From an uncultured Verrucomicrobiae bacterium (lineage in GTDB: Bacteria; Verrucomicrobiota; Verrucomicrobiia; Limisphaerales; JAFGQR01), in the NCBI GenBank assembly GCA_963788655.1, contig CAWBHS010000060.1, forward strand, positions 32,001-96,000: DNA of 64,000 nt, given 5' to 3'. The notes beneath the pieces were generated by a model, which had not been told where the DNA came from, ran no database searches, and was given only the letters and a program-made list of their open reading frames with translations. This document shows positions 31,647 through 40,982 of the stretch, one piece after another; position 1 is the first letter of the stretch; every line of letters starts with the position of its first letter. A program made the translations under genes and the position numbers.

Positions 31647-33109
31647 CGGTTGCCTTGTCCGCCCCATTGAAAGTTGAAGGTAAATTGAATCGGCGACTTG
31701 CCGCGAATCGTTTCGAGTTGCACGTCGTTCACTTCGGGCGCGGTGCCCAATTTGTCGAGTGTGCGCAGCAGGACTTGGTTGTCCCGGGCGGTGCCGGAAC
31801 AGGAAATGGTGCTGGCGGCGCGGATTTCCACCGTCTTGGCCGCCACCGCGCCGTCTTCCGGAAAGGCCTCGGTGAGCTGTCGCAAGATGCTGAGCGAGCG
31901 GCAGGACTCATCGAACCAGGGCCGGAATTTCTTAATTTGCTGCTGCATGGTTTCCAGTTCGGTCACTGGCGTTTTGATGGCGGCCCATTTGGAGCGCCAA
32001 CGAACAAGCTGCCATTGTTGAAAAAGCAATACCAGCCCAAACAACAGGACAATCGCGCCGGCGGTGAAGCCGACGGAAGTGAGTTTGCGCGAGGCGTACT
32101 TGTCGGCGAATTGCTTCCAAGCACTGATCTTCGGCGGCAGGAACTCGAAGCCTGTGGTCCGCCCGGCCAGGAATTCGAGCGCCAGGCTGAGGGCAGGGGA
32201 AACCGGGGTACCGGCCGCCACCTGCACCCCCAGACCCTGGGGTTTGCAGTCGCGCACCAGTTCCACCTCCATCCCCAGTGGTTTCATCCGGGACTGCAGT
32301 TGTTCGGCCAATTCCTCGGCCACGTCACTGCGGCCAAACACCCGCAAGGTCCGGAGCGTACCGCGCAGTTCCGCGGGCAATTGCCCGAGGGTGATTCGTA
32401 CCTCCCGGGCCAGGTGATCGGCCTGCACATGTTTTTCGGCGCCCACCACTTCGAAGGCCCCTTCCACGGTGCGCAACGCCGCCACGCCGCCTTCGCCCGC
32501 CACCAGCAGGCCAATGTGGTTCTCGCCCGGCACCAGTGCAATCGAACTGGCCGCGGATTCGGCGTCGGTTTGTTGCAACGCCACGATGCCGAGGGAAAAA
32601 CTGACCGGCCGCAGTTGCGCTGCTTTCAAGGCCGCCTCCAGGCGCGTCACGTGGTCGCGGGGGATGCCGAGCAGCGTGGCGTATTTCTCGCCTCCTGGGG
32701 TGGCATAGTGCGAGGTGCAACGCATCAACGTCTCGGGGCTGTACGGGAAGCCGCGTTCCGCTTCGATTTGGAGGAAACTGTCCAGGTCGGGACCTTCGAG
32801 TTCAGGCACGGGAGTGAAATGACTCAGCATCCAGCTCAACGGCACGCACACGACGCACCAACGCTCGCGAACTTCCGCCGCGTCCAGGTGCTTGCGAATT
32901 TCGCGCCCCACCAATTGCGGATCATCAGTCAACGGATCGAGCGACAGGGAAACGGCGGCGGTGTGTCTGACTTCCACATGCCCATTGGTCCGGCGCAGCC
33001 ACACGAGTTCCAGGCGTCCGGTATCAAACGAAAGCCCGAGCAGCGAAGACCCCGGTTGCCGTTTGAACGGGGTCATCTTGCTCACATCAAATTTCAGCAG
33101 GTCAATCAT
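31643..33109 (-). CDS. GspL-like (PilM-PilN type) T2SS platform protein
   Basis: Actin-like cytoplasmic region (LQIEAERGFPY, LEAALKAAQLRP), FEFLPP motif, TM, coiled coil and a PilN-like domain (ISCSGTARD). Confidence 0.75.
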   Translation of the reverse strand: MIDLLKFDVSKMTPFKRQPGSSLLGLSFDTGRLELVWLRRTNGHVEVRHTAAVSLSLDPLTDDPQLVGREIRKHLDAAEVRERWCVVCVPLSWMLSHFTPVPELEGPDLDSFLQIEAERGFPYSPETLMRCTSHYATPGGEKYATLLGIPRDHVTRLEAALKAAQLRPVSFSLGIVALQQTDAESAASSIALVPGENHIGLLVAGEGGVAALRTVEGAFEVVGAEKHVQADHLAREVRITLGQLPAELRGTLRTLRVFGRSDVAEELAEQLQSRMKPLGMEVELVRDCKPQGLGVQVAAGTPVSPALSLALEFLAGRTTGFEFLPPKISAWKQFADKYASRKLTSVGFTAGAIVLLFGLVLLFQQWQLVRWRSKWAAIKTPVTELETMQQQIKKFRPWFDESCRSLSILRQLTEAFPEDGAVAAKTVEIRAASTISCSGTARDNQVLLRTLDKLGTAPEVNDVQLETIRGKSPIQFTFNFQWGGQGNR

Positions 33110-34572
33110 CGTTGGTTGTTGGCCAGAAGTTTCAGATCGTCGCGGACCTCCCGGCCCAGGGCCCAGCCCAGATGCGTGAGGTCTTGCCGGTAAACAATCC
33201 GGGGCATGCCGTCGCTGGTGTCGAAGACATATCTCACCCGTTGGTAGCCGCGGCCATAGTGGCCCACGGCGGCGATGTCCGCGGTAAATTGATAACTGTG
33301 CCCCGTCAAATAAGGCCCCGCTTGGAGGGCATTGGTCCCCTCAAGCACCTCGGCCACCCAGGCCAGGGACGGCGCATAAGACAGCGACGCTTGGTTCGCT
33401 AGACGATGGGCCACGAGCGTGCCGGCATTCTCCAGGCCAATGCCGGGGATGCACGCCAGCACGGCCTCGCTGGCCGTGTTCACGTTCACCAGTCCAGCAA
33501 CCGGGCTGTTCGTGCTCGCGGTGATGTCGTATTCAATCTGCGCAAATTCGTCGGACGTCATCCCGCTCTTCATGTAGAACTCGAGCACGCTGCCGATGGA
33601 ATTCGAGGTGCCGGAGGCGTTGCCGCCGCCATCGGGTTGGTCCTGGTTGCCGCCGACGTTGCCGGCCCCGCCGTCTCCGCCCGGTACGCCCAGTTGCTGC
33701 AGGATTTGGTTCGCGCGATCCGCGCCGAAGGTGTCCTGCAACAGAGTGGCTAAATCTTGTTGGTTGGTACTGTTGACGTTGATGCGGGGTTCGCCGTTGG
33801 TGCGGGTGGTCGGTTCCGCGCTATAAACGGTCACGTATTCCAACAATCCGGCGTTGAGCCAGCCATCGCTGTTGTCATTGGGCGGTGAAAGGTCGCCGTC
33901 GCCTTCGTTGGGGTCGAGCACGCCGTTCAAATTGGCGTCTTCGCCAAACAGATAGTCGAGGTTCATCCCGTAGACCAGGCGCAGTTCGTCCACCGATTCG
34001 AAGTTCGCGTTTTTGCACCGGTAAGGTGGATTGAGCCGCTCGTACAAATCGGATTCGGCACCGCCATCGGACGGATCGCTGTCGGAGTCGCGCCAGTCGA
34101 TGATGGCGGCCGCCAGTTCCGGAGTCATGTTCGGCAGCATCTCCAGCATTTCCAACGTGGCGGTATTCAGGTTCAATTTCGAGGCTTCATCCACCAGGCC
34201 AAAGACCGGTTCATCCTGGGCAACTTGCTGGTCCGGCCGGCCAATCAACCAGAAGTAGGTGTCGTCCACGGGCACCGCTTCGTAAAGATACGTCGTGCGG
34301 TCCGGCAGTGTCCCCGGCACTTGGGCGGTGGCGAGGATGTTGCTGACGTACCGCGCGGCGCCGGCAATGGCTTGCCCCGCTTCGATGCTGGCGACACGAT
34401 TGTCGGCGGCGCGCAGTTCGAACGTCATTGATGAAGCAAAATACAGCGCCAGGCTCACCAAACCGAACGCCACCCATAGGACGATGATCAACACCGATCC
34501 TTCGCCTGACGCAACCACATCCCGACGGTTGCGAGTACGCGGACAACGGCGGTTAGAGGTGGGCAACATCAT
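33106..34572 (-). CDS. gspK: Minor pseudopilin GspK
   Basis: G|SVLIIVLWV cleavage site, DEASKLNLNTA, AAAIIDWRDSD, FESVDELRLV and VNVNTASEAVL HhH motifs. Confidence 0.9.
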   Translation of the reverse strand: MMLPTSNRRCPRTRNRRDVVASGEGSVLIIVLWVAFGLVSLALYFASSMTFELRAADNRVASIEAGQAIAGAARYVSNILATAQVPGTLPDRTTYLYEAVPVDDTYFWLIGRPDQQVAQDEPVFGLVDEASKLNLNTATLEMLEMLPNMTPELAAAIIDWRDSDSDPSDGGAESDLYERLNPPYRCKNANFESVDELRLVYGMNLDYLFGEDANLNGVLDPNEGDGDLSPPNDNSDGWLNAGLLEYVTVYSAEPTTRTNGEPRINVNSTNQQDLATLLQDTFGADRANQILQQLGVPGGDGGAGNVGGNQDQPDGGGNASGTSNSIGSVLEFYMKSGMTSDEFAQIEYDITASTNSPVAGLVNVNTASEAVLACIPGIGLENAGTLVAHRLANQASLSYAPSLAWVAEVLEGTNALQAGPYLTGHSYQFTADIAAVGHYGRGYQRVRYVFDTSDGMPRIVYRQDLTHLGWALGREVRDDLKLLANNQR

Positions 34573-35363
34573 GGCTGCCCTCCGCTGGTTTGGTCGGTTT
34601 GATTGGTGGACTGCTGGACCACCATCGGCACGACCAGTTCGATTGGGTCCACCAGTTGCGGGACCGCCGATCCTGGATTGTCCGAGGCCAATTGAATTTG
34701 CACTTTGATGGCCTGGGGCAAATTGTTGGTTTCCGCGCTTGAATCCCAGGTTTCCATCCATTGGGTGCCATCGTAGAACTGGAAAAAGATGCTCTGCACG
34801 CCGCCCAGGAGCCATTGATCTTCCGATTGCTCTTGCAGCGTGGGCAGCAGGTTGCGGGTGACCGACCGATAGAGATCCATGCCGAAAGTGTTGTTCGTCG
34901 GCTCGGCCAGGTAGTAATACACTTTCTCGACCTCACCCCATGGTTGGTAATCATCGATGATGCCACTGGCGGTGTAAAACTCCGGGCTGGCTTGGCCTAG
35001 TGAAATGGCTCCTTCACCGGGCGCGGTCTGCCCTAATTGACTGAAGCTCGTCGAGGTGGTGGTGGTATTAGTGGAGGTGGACGAGGTTGGGGACGTTTGC
35101 AAGCCCCCGAACAAAGTCCCACCCGGCAATACCAGGTTGGCCAGATCGCGTTGCATGATCGCGAGCGTTTGCTGCAACGGCAACGCCGCCTCAATCGCTT
35201 TCGTGGTTTTGTTGCGCAGCCGCAGGGCTCCGTAGAAAACTCCGTGAATCGCCAACAACACAATCGAAAAAATGGCGACCGCCAACAGAATCTCCAGCAA
35301 CGTAAACGCGCGTGGCGGAACAACCGCGACGTTCCTGGAGTGTTGATGGCGGGAGGCGTTCAT
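34569..35363 (-). CDS. gspJ: Minor pseudopilin GspJ
   Basis: A|FTLLEILLAVAIF, MQRDL, FQFYDGTQW..W and LPQAIKVQI motifs. Confidence 0.85.
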   Translation of the reverse strand: MNASRHQHSRNVAVVPPRAFTLLEILLAVAIFSIVLLAIHGVFYGALRLRNKTTKAIEAALPLQQTLAIMQRDLANLVLPGGTLFGGLQTSPTSSTSTNTTTTSTSFSQLGQTAPGEGAISLGQASPEFYTASGIIDDYQPWGEVEKVYYYLAEPTNNTFGMDLYRSVTRNLLPTLQEQSEDQWLLGGVQSIFFQFYDGTQWMETWDSSAETNNLPQAIKVQIQLASDNPGSAVPQLVDPIELVVPMVVQQSTNQTDQTSGGQP

Positions 35364-35884
35364 TGCAGTGAAGTATCCACCAAAGTGCTCAGCCGAATGT
35401 CGTAATTCTGTCCCTGCACCGGGAAGGTCACCAGCACGGTGAGCAGGCGCAGGACGCCTTGGTTCCACGGTTCCAACTGGATCTGCCATTCGTAGTCCAA
35501 TACGCCTTCGTGGATGGTTCCTCGCTGGGAGGCAGACTGCCATTGCCGGGTGACCACCAATTCGTTCAACACCCGTTCGCCAATGCGGGCGGCGATGGCC
35601 TTGCGTTCGCCCAACTGTCCGGCCCGGTTGGCAATCTGCAAACCGTGAACGGCCACCGGAATCACAATGGCCATGAACAAGAGCGCCGCCAACACCTCCG
35701 CCAGCGTAAACCCGCCGCAGGCGCGGTTTTTCCTGGGGCTCGGACTACGTTGGAACCGTGTAGTCGCCGAGGTGACGAGGCGGATTGGTCGGGGCCCACA
35801 GTCCCCCCAGTCCGCCTCCTCACGTCGTCGGCTACAGGCGGCCGGTGTTTCCGCCAGGGCGTGAAATGTTCGGGGCAGCTTCAT
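35360..35884 (-). CDS. gspI: Minor pseudopilin GspI with an unusually long leader
   Basis: G|FTLAEVLAALLFMAIVIP; position between H and J; 58-aa leader containing a REP element. Confidence 0.8.
   Translation of the reverse strand: MKLPRTFHALAETPAACSRRREEADWGDCGPRPIRLVTSATTRFQRSPSPRKNRACGGFTLAEVLAALLFMAIVIPVAVHGLQIANRAGQLGERKAIAARIGERVLNELVVTRQWQSASQRGTIHEGVLDYEWQIQLEPWNQGVLRLLTVLVTFPVQGQNYDIRLSTLVDTSLQ
35759..35836. repeat. REP-like inverted repeat (family B) inside the gspI coding region
   Basis: TGTAGTCGCCGAGGTGACGAGGCGGA (35759-35784) and TCCGCCTCCTCACGTCGTCGGCTACA (35811-35836), 22/26 complementary; span 78 bp. Confidence 0.8.
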
Positions 35885-35893
35885 CGCTCGCGG

Positions 35894-36469
35894 TTATCGG
35901 CGAATCTGTTCCAGAATGTTGGTTTCAATGTCATAGTTCAGCCGGTTGCGGCTCCGGCCGATCCAAATCATGTCGTTCTCCCCCTGCCGAAAGAGGATAT
36001 ACTCAGGACTGGTTTCGCCGATAAAACCCGCCGGAGTGAACCGGATGGTGGGCAGCTTGCCGACCAGTTGGACGGTGCGCCGCCAAGGAGTGACCAGCGT
36101 ATTGGTCAGGGACAATTCCACTTCCACGTCCAGGTCGCGGGCCAGTTCGAAGCTGACGGCGTTGGTGTCGTCTTCTTCATAAGTGCTTTCCGCCATCAAT
36201 CCATAGCGGCGTTGTTCTTGATCAATCCACAGCAGCATCGGCACGCCCTCCGCGACCGCACGGTTCCGACCGTAACGGGCCAGCGCCAAAAACCGATGTG
36301 CTTCCGAATCGAGATTGCGCCCGCGAAAGAACCGCGCCAGCGACGGCGCGCCGATTGCGAGCACGACCACCAGCAGCGCCATGACCAGAATCAACTCGAT
36401 GAGCGTGAAGCCACGGGCGGACGCGTCACGGCCGGCGCTGATTCGGCAGTTGCCAATTCGTAATGTCAT
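35894..36469 (-). CDS. gspH: Minor pseudopilin GspH/FimT-like
   Basis: G|FTLIELILVMALL..P, LARYGRNRAVAEG and IRFTPAG motifs. Confidence 0.85.
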   Translation of the reverse strand: MTLRIGNCRISAGRDASARGFTLIELILVMALLVVVLAIGAPSLARFFRGRNLDSEAHRFLALARYGRNRAVAEGVPMLLWIDQEQRRYGLMAESTYEEDDTNAVSFELARDLDVEVELSLTNTLVTPWRRTVQLVGKLPTIRFTPAGFIGETSPEYILFRQGENDMIWIGRSRNRLNYDIETNILEQIRR

Positions 36470-36938
36470 CTTCGGTTCCATCGCGGCCGTCCGCTCCCAC
36501 GGTCATCAAGTCGTACGAGCTGGGGTTGTGCCGGCCGGGGCATTCATAAATGTAGGCGTTGCCCCACGGATCCAGTGGAATTTGGCCCTTGAGATACGGC
36601 CCCTTCCAATTCTGCGCGTTCTGCGGTTGTTGCACGAGATCCTGCAAGCCATCTTTGCCCTTCGGATAATAACCATTGTCCACCTCGAACGCATCGAGCG
36701 CCGTACCGAAGGTGGAGATCTGGGACTGAGCGGCGGTTTGCCGGGCTTGCTCGGTGCGACCGGAGAACTTCGGCACCACCACCGCCGCCAGAATGCCCAG
36801 GATCACCAGCACCAACAGCAGCTCGATGAGGGTGAAGGCAGCCTGGCTCCGCGGGCACCGCCCCGCAGAAAGGCGTCCGTTCCGGATGATCGGTGAGCGA
36901 CAAGGTTCGGGTTTGAATCGGGAGTCTTTGATTTTCAT
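36426..36938 (-). CDS. gspG: Major pseudopilin GspG
   Basis: A|FTLIELLLVLVILGILAAVVVP, ALDAFEVDNGYYP, NWKGPYL, DPWGNAYIY..PG and GADGRDGTEDDITNW motifs. Confidence 0.95.
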   Translation of the reverse strand: MKIKDSRFKPEPCRSPIIRNGRLSAGRCPRSQAAFTLIELLLVLVILGILAAVVVPKFSGRTEQARQTAAQSQISTFGTALDAFEVDNGYYPKGKDGLQDLVQQPQNAQNWKGPYLKGQIPLDPWGNAYIYECPGRHNPSSYDLMTVGADGRDGTEDDITNWQLPNQRRP

Positions 36939-36958
36939 GTGAACGTTCCGTTCCGTTT

Positions 36959-38212
36959 TTATTTGATGTAATCCTGCAAGGTGAAGATTGGGATGACCAT
37001 GCCAATGAAGATGGTGCCGATGAATCCGGCGATAAAAAACAGCATCAGCGGTTCGGCCATGGCTACGGCAGTCTTCAGACGGCGGTCGAGGTCTTCCTCC
37101 GTGACGTTGGCGATGCGCACCAATTCCTGATCCAGCCGTCCGCTTTCCTCGCCAATCGAAATCATTTCGAGCACCGAACCCTGAAACAACGTGCGGCACT
37201 CGGAGAGGCTTTCGCCCAGCGCCTTGCCTTCTTTCACGCGCTCAATCGAATTCGACACCGCGTCCACCAGGATTTGATTACCGATGGACCGGCGGGCGAC
37301 ATTCAGCCCATTGACCAGCGGCACACCGGCGCCCAGCAGCGTGCCGAGCATGCGGCAAAAGCGGGCCATGGCAAATTGCGCGGCCAGCGAACCCACGACC
37401 GGTGATCGCAAGATCAATCCTTCCCACGCTCGCCGTCCGGTGGTGGAAACGAACCAACTGCGAATCATGTAGCCGATGATAAATACTCCCAGCAACAGGA
37501 TCAGACCGTAAGTGCGGAGTGCGTCGCTGATCGATACGATGATTTGGGTCAGCAAAGGCAGGTGACCGCCAAAGCCTTGAAAGATGGTTTGGAACCGGGG
37601 AATGAAGAACACGAGCAGGAAGGTCAGCACGCAACTCGCAAGGCACAGGAGAATGGTGGGATACAGCAAGGCCGTCATGACCTTCGACCGCATTTCCTTT
37701 TCCCGCGCCTGGAAATCGGCGATCTGGCCCAGCACCACGTCGAGAAAACCACCGGTTTCGCCAGCTTCCACCATCGCTACGTAAACGCGCGGGAACGTTT
37801 CCGGTGACTTCGCCATCGCGTCGGCCAGCGACATGCCATCGACGACCAGATCGTGTACTTCTTTCCACTTGGCCTTGGCCACGGGAGTCGAAGCTTCTCT
37901 TTGTAGAATGACGAGCGCCCGGCTCAACGGCACGCCCGCGGCCAACAGGCTGGCCAGCAGACGGGTGAAATTTTCCAGAATCCGCGCCGAGATTTTATTG
38001 GCGCCGCCCAACGACAATTTGAACGACATCGGCGAACCGTTGACCTGGCCCTTGGCTGTCGGGGCTTTGCCATTGCCGCGCTCGGTCAGGCTGATTGGCC
38101 GCAAACCGCGGCCTTCCATCGTGCGAAAGGCTTCCTGGCGGCCCCCGGCCTCGAGCTGGCCTTCGGCGATGCCGCCATCGGTTTGCAATGCTCGGTATTG
38201 AAAAACGGGCAT
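36959..38212 (-). CDS. gspF: T2SS inner-membrane protein GspF
   Basis: MPVFQYRA, LLAAGVPL, MVEAGETGG, ALLYP, GEESGRL, EPLM and IPIF motifs. Confidence 0.93.
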   Translation of the reverse strand: MPVFQYRALQTDGGIAEGQLEAGGRQEAFRTMEGRGLRPISLTERGNGKAPTAKGQVNGSPMSFKLSLGGANKISARILENFTRLLASLLAAGVPLSRALVILQREASTPVAKAKWKEVHDLVVDGMSLADAMAKSPETFPRVYVAMVEAGETGGFLDVVLGQIADFQAREKEMRSKVMTALLYPTILLCLASCVLTFLLVFFIPRFQTIFQGFGGHLPLLTQIIVSISDALRTYGLILLLGVFIIGYMIRSWFVSTTGRRAWEGLILRSPVVGSLAAQFAMARFCRMLGTLLGAGVPLVNGLNVARRSIGNQILVDAVSNSIERVKEGKALGESLSECRTLFQGSVLEMISIGEESGRLDQELVRIANVTEEDLDRRLKTAVAMAEPLMLFFIAGFIGTIFIGMVIPIFTLQDYIK

Positions 38213-38357
38213 GGAAGTTCAGGCTAACCTTGATTGCCGTTGAAGTCTGGGGCGGAACCACGCGCCACGCAATTGGGCGCGGGGAATTGCCGGGCTGCGC
38301 CGGTTTTATTCAGGAGGCAGGCCACAGTTGGGCAGCCGCGTTGGGGAAGGGCGCCAC

Positions 38358-40100
38358 TCATGGCTGGGCCACCGCCACATCTTCCGCCGCGTTGTCTTCG
38401 ATGCCGCTCACCAAAGACTGAGCTTTCGTCACGCGCAACACTTCTTCGGGCGTGGTAATTCCGAGGCGCACCAACCGCCAACCATCATCGGCCAACAGGC
38501 GCATTCCGGCGCGCTGGGCCGCCTGGCGAATTTGGTCGGCCGAACTGTTCTTCAATACCATTTGTCGGATTTCATTGTTGGCGTCCATCCACTCGAAGAT
38601 GGCCCGCCGGCCAAAATAGCCGGTTTGCCGACACTCGCGGCAGCCAACCGCGCGGTAAATGGGCGTGTCAGACGGAAAGCCAAGTTGTTGCTTGAAGGCT
38701 CGCGCGGTGGGTGAGGTGTCTTCCTGTTTGCAATGATCGCACAGCACACGAACGAGCCGTTGCGCCAGCACGGCTTCGAGCGAAGAGGCCACCAAGTAAG
38801 GTTCGACGCCCATGTCCACCAGGCGGCTTAGCGCACCGGCGGCGTCATTGGTATGCAGCGTCGAGAACACCAGGTGGCCCGTCAGCGAAGCCTGCACGGC
38901 GATTTGTGCCGTTTCCTGGTCGCGGATTTCACCGACCAGAATCACATCGGGATCATGACGCAGAATCGAGCGCAAGCCGCGGGCAAAGGTCAGCCCCGCC
39001 TTCTCCGAGACTTGAATTTGGTTGACGCCCTTGAGTTGGTATTCGACGGGATCCTCAATGGTGATGATCTTGCGTACAGCGTCGTTGATCTCGTTGAGCG
39101 CCGTGTAAAGTGTCGAGGTTTTGCCACTGCCCGTCGGGCCGGTCACCAGGATGATCCCGTGCGGCAATCCCAGCACCCGGCGAAAGCTACGGACTTCCCG
39201 GGCGTCCATGCCCAATTCCTGCATGCCCCGCAGCGTGGCGTTTTGCCGCAGCAAACGCAGCACCACCGCTTCGCCGTGCAGCATGGGGATGACCGACACG
39301 CGGATGTCCACTTCGCCGTCGTCCACGCGGATTTTGATGCGCCCGTCCTGGGGCAAGCGTTTTTCCGCGATGTTGAGATGGCTCAGAATCTTGACGCGCG
39401 AAACAATGGCCGGTTGGAACCGTTTGATTTGCGCGGGCACCGGAATTTCCTGGAGCACGCCGTCAATGCGGTAGCGGATGCGAAGCTCATCTTCGAACGG
39501 TTCGAGATGGATGTCCGAGGCACGCAGTTCGATGGCGTCGCGAAGCACTTGGTTGACGAAGCGGATGATTGAGGCGTCTTCCGCAGCGGTATCGAGATTG
39601 TTGTCGTCCTCCGAGGTGTCATCGACTACCTGGAACGGCGCTTCTTCATCGAGCGTGTCGATGGTGTCGGCCCCAACACCCAGGCGTTTTTTCATTTCCC
39701 GCTGGATGGCCTCGGAGGGAGCGAGCACCGGCTTGAGCCGCAGGCCGGTCATCGTCTTGAGAGTATCCAGTCCTTGGGTGGCGAATAGTCGGCTGGTGGC
39801 GACTTCCACGCAGCCGTTGATGCGCCGCAGCGGGAGCAATTCATCCTTGAGCAGCACCCGGGCGGGGAACAAGGACAACACCTCTTTGTCGGGTTGCACG
39901 TCCTCCAAAGAGGTGAAGGCCAAATCGTATTCCTGCGCCAACCAGCGCAAGACATCTTCCTCCGACCGAACCGGCGCGTGTTCCCCGTTGGACTGGCACC
40001 GGGAAAGTTCCTGGGCGTCACTGGCGGACAGTTGCCTGCCCACCACCATTTGCTCCAGCAATTCACTGAGGGCCGGAGATTCTGAGGACACGGAATTCAT
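38358..40100 (-). CDS. gspE: T2SS ATPase GspE
   Basis: ASDIHLEP, RLPQDGR, GPTGSGKT, TIEDPVE, LRHDPDVILVGEIRD, TGHLVFSTLHTN and Zn-binding CxxC..CxxC. Confidence 0.95.
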   Translation of the reverse strand: MNSVSSESPALSELLEQMVVGRQLSASDAQELSRCQSNGEHAPVRSEEDVLRWLAQEYDLAFTSLEDVQPDKEVLSLFPARVLLKDELLPLRRINGCVEVATSRLFATQGLDTLKTMTGLRLKPVLAPSEAIQREMKKRLGVGADTIDTLDEEAPFQVVDDTSEDDNNLDTAAEDASIIRFVNQVLRDAIELRASDIHLEPFEDELRIRYRIDGVLQEIPVPAQIKRFQPAIVSRVKILSHLNIAEKRLPQDGRIKIRVDDGEVDIRVSVIPMLHGEAVVLRLLRQNATLRGMQELGMDAREVRSFRRVLGLPHGIILVTGPTGSGKTSTLYTALNEINDAVRKIITIEDPVEYQLKGVNQIQVSEKAGLTFARGLRSILRHDPDVILVGEIRDQETAQIAVQASLTGHLVFSTLHTNDAAGALSRLVDMGVEPYLVASSLEAVLAQRLVRVLCDHCKQEDTSPTARAFKQQLGFPSDTPIYRAVGCRECRQTGYFGRRAIFEWMDANNEIRQMVLKNSSADQIRQAAQRAGMRLLADDGWRLVRLGITTPEEVLRVTKAQSLVSGIEDNAAEDVAVAQP

Positions 40101-40149
40101 GAACAGCGCGCGCGGTTGGATCGAAGATACGTCTGCGAATGGCAAGGGG

Positions 40150-40665
40150 CTACTTGGCCAAGCCCATGGTCACCGCGATGGCTTCCTGCCGAACGGTGAG
40201 CACCTGTTTCAGCTCATTTTGGGCCTTTTCAAGAGCTGCTTCCTTTTGCTGCCGAGCGGCGCGGAAGGCAGCCAGCTTGGCCTTGATCTCTTCGGCGGGC
40301 GCTTTGGCGTCAATCGCTTTTTGCAGGGCGTCCGCTTCAGTATTGGCTTCCTGGTTGTTGCCGCCGCCGCGGTTTCCCTGACCGCCGCGACGCCCGAACA
40401 TGGCTCGGCCACCACCCATGCCGACTGCGCGGCGGGCTTCCATTACTTTTTCGATGCGGGTCTGGATGACCTGCCATTCGGCGTCATTGCTCACGCCAAA
40501 CGCTTCTTTGTAACGGTCCATCATCCGTTGCTGGAATTGTGCGGGGTCAAAATTTCCCCGACCTCCGCGGCCACCCGGTGCGCCTTGCGCGAGCAGATCG
40601 CTTGCCCCGAGGACTAGAACCGTGGCCGTTGCGGCCATCGCCAACAGTTTGCTGATTTTCATCAT
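40150..40665 (-). CDS. Exported small helical protein, first gene of the T2SS operon
   Basis: Signal peptide, RGG-rich segments, Ala/Lys/Glu-rich helices ending VLTVRQEA (LTxxQ-like). Confidence 0.75.
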   Translation of the reverse strand: MMKISKLLAMAATATVLVLGASDLLAQGAPGGRGGRGNFDPAQFQQRMMDRYKEAFGVSNDAEWQVIQTRIEKVMEARRAVGMGGGRAMFGRRGGQGNRGGGNNQEANTEADALQKAIDAKAPAEEIKAKLAAFRAARQQKEAALEKAQNELKQVLTVRQEAIAVTMGLAK

Positions 40666-40745
40666 TTATCTTTTGTGACAGGTTGTGGTTGCACTGAATT
40701 CCAAGGCTCGCCAAACCGATCCCGGAATTACTCGGTATCTCTAGC

Positions 40746-40760
40746 GCACGTTCCATGCCA
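40746..40760 (-). promoter_or_regulatory. Sigma-54 (-24/-12) promoter of the T2SS operon
   Basis: Minus strand TGGCATGGAACGTGC: GG-N10-GC with TGGCA, about 80 bp upstream of the first start codon. Confidence 0.7.
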
Positions 40761-40802
40761 TGGCAAAAAGTGGCATTTTTATGGCTCACACCACTCCCAA
40801 CC

Positions 40803-40849
40803 TGCGCAGCCTTTGCGCAGTCACCCTCCCTTTGCGCAGAGTTTGCGCA
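40803..40849. promoter_or_regulatory. Tandem palindromic enhancer-like sites TGCGCA-N5-TGCGCA x2
   Basis: TGCGCA-GCCTT-TGCGCA (40803-40819) and TGCGCA-GAGTT-TGCGCA (40833-40849); centres 30 bp apart, upstream of the sigma-54 site. Confidence 0.7.
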
Positions 40850-40870
40850 ACACGAGGGAGCGTGTAAGAG

Positions 40871-40982
40871 CGTGTTGCCGGCTTCTTGCCGCCGTTGGAG
40901 CATGGCCGTTCAAATGTTGGATCCCTTGGGCTTTAGGACGCCACCGTGTGTTCGATTCTGCCGGCGGGACGCCGACAGCACG
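40871..40982. repeat. Degenerate REP-like inverted repeat
   Basis: CGTGTTGCCGGCTTCTTGCCG (40871) versus CCGGCGGGACGCCGACAGCACG (40961-40982); imperfect pairing. Confidence 0.4.

Noticed and set aside
27313..40100. Type IV pilus or competence locus
   Set aside because: A canonical GspG and GspK are present and no PilT retraction ATPase is seen; T2SS fits better.
40803..40849. Mini CRISPR or simple tandem repeat
   Set aside because: Units are 6-bp palindromic half-sites with operator-like spacing; no repeat-spacer structure or cas genes.
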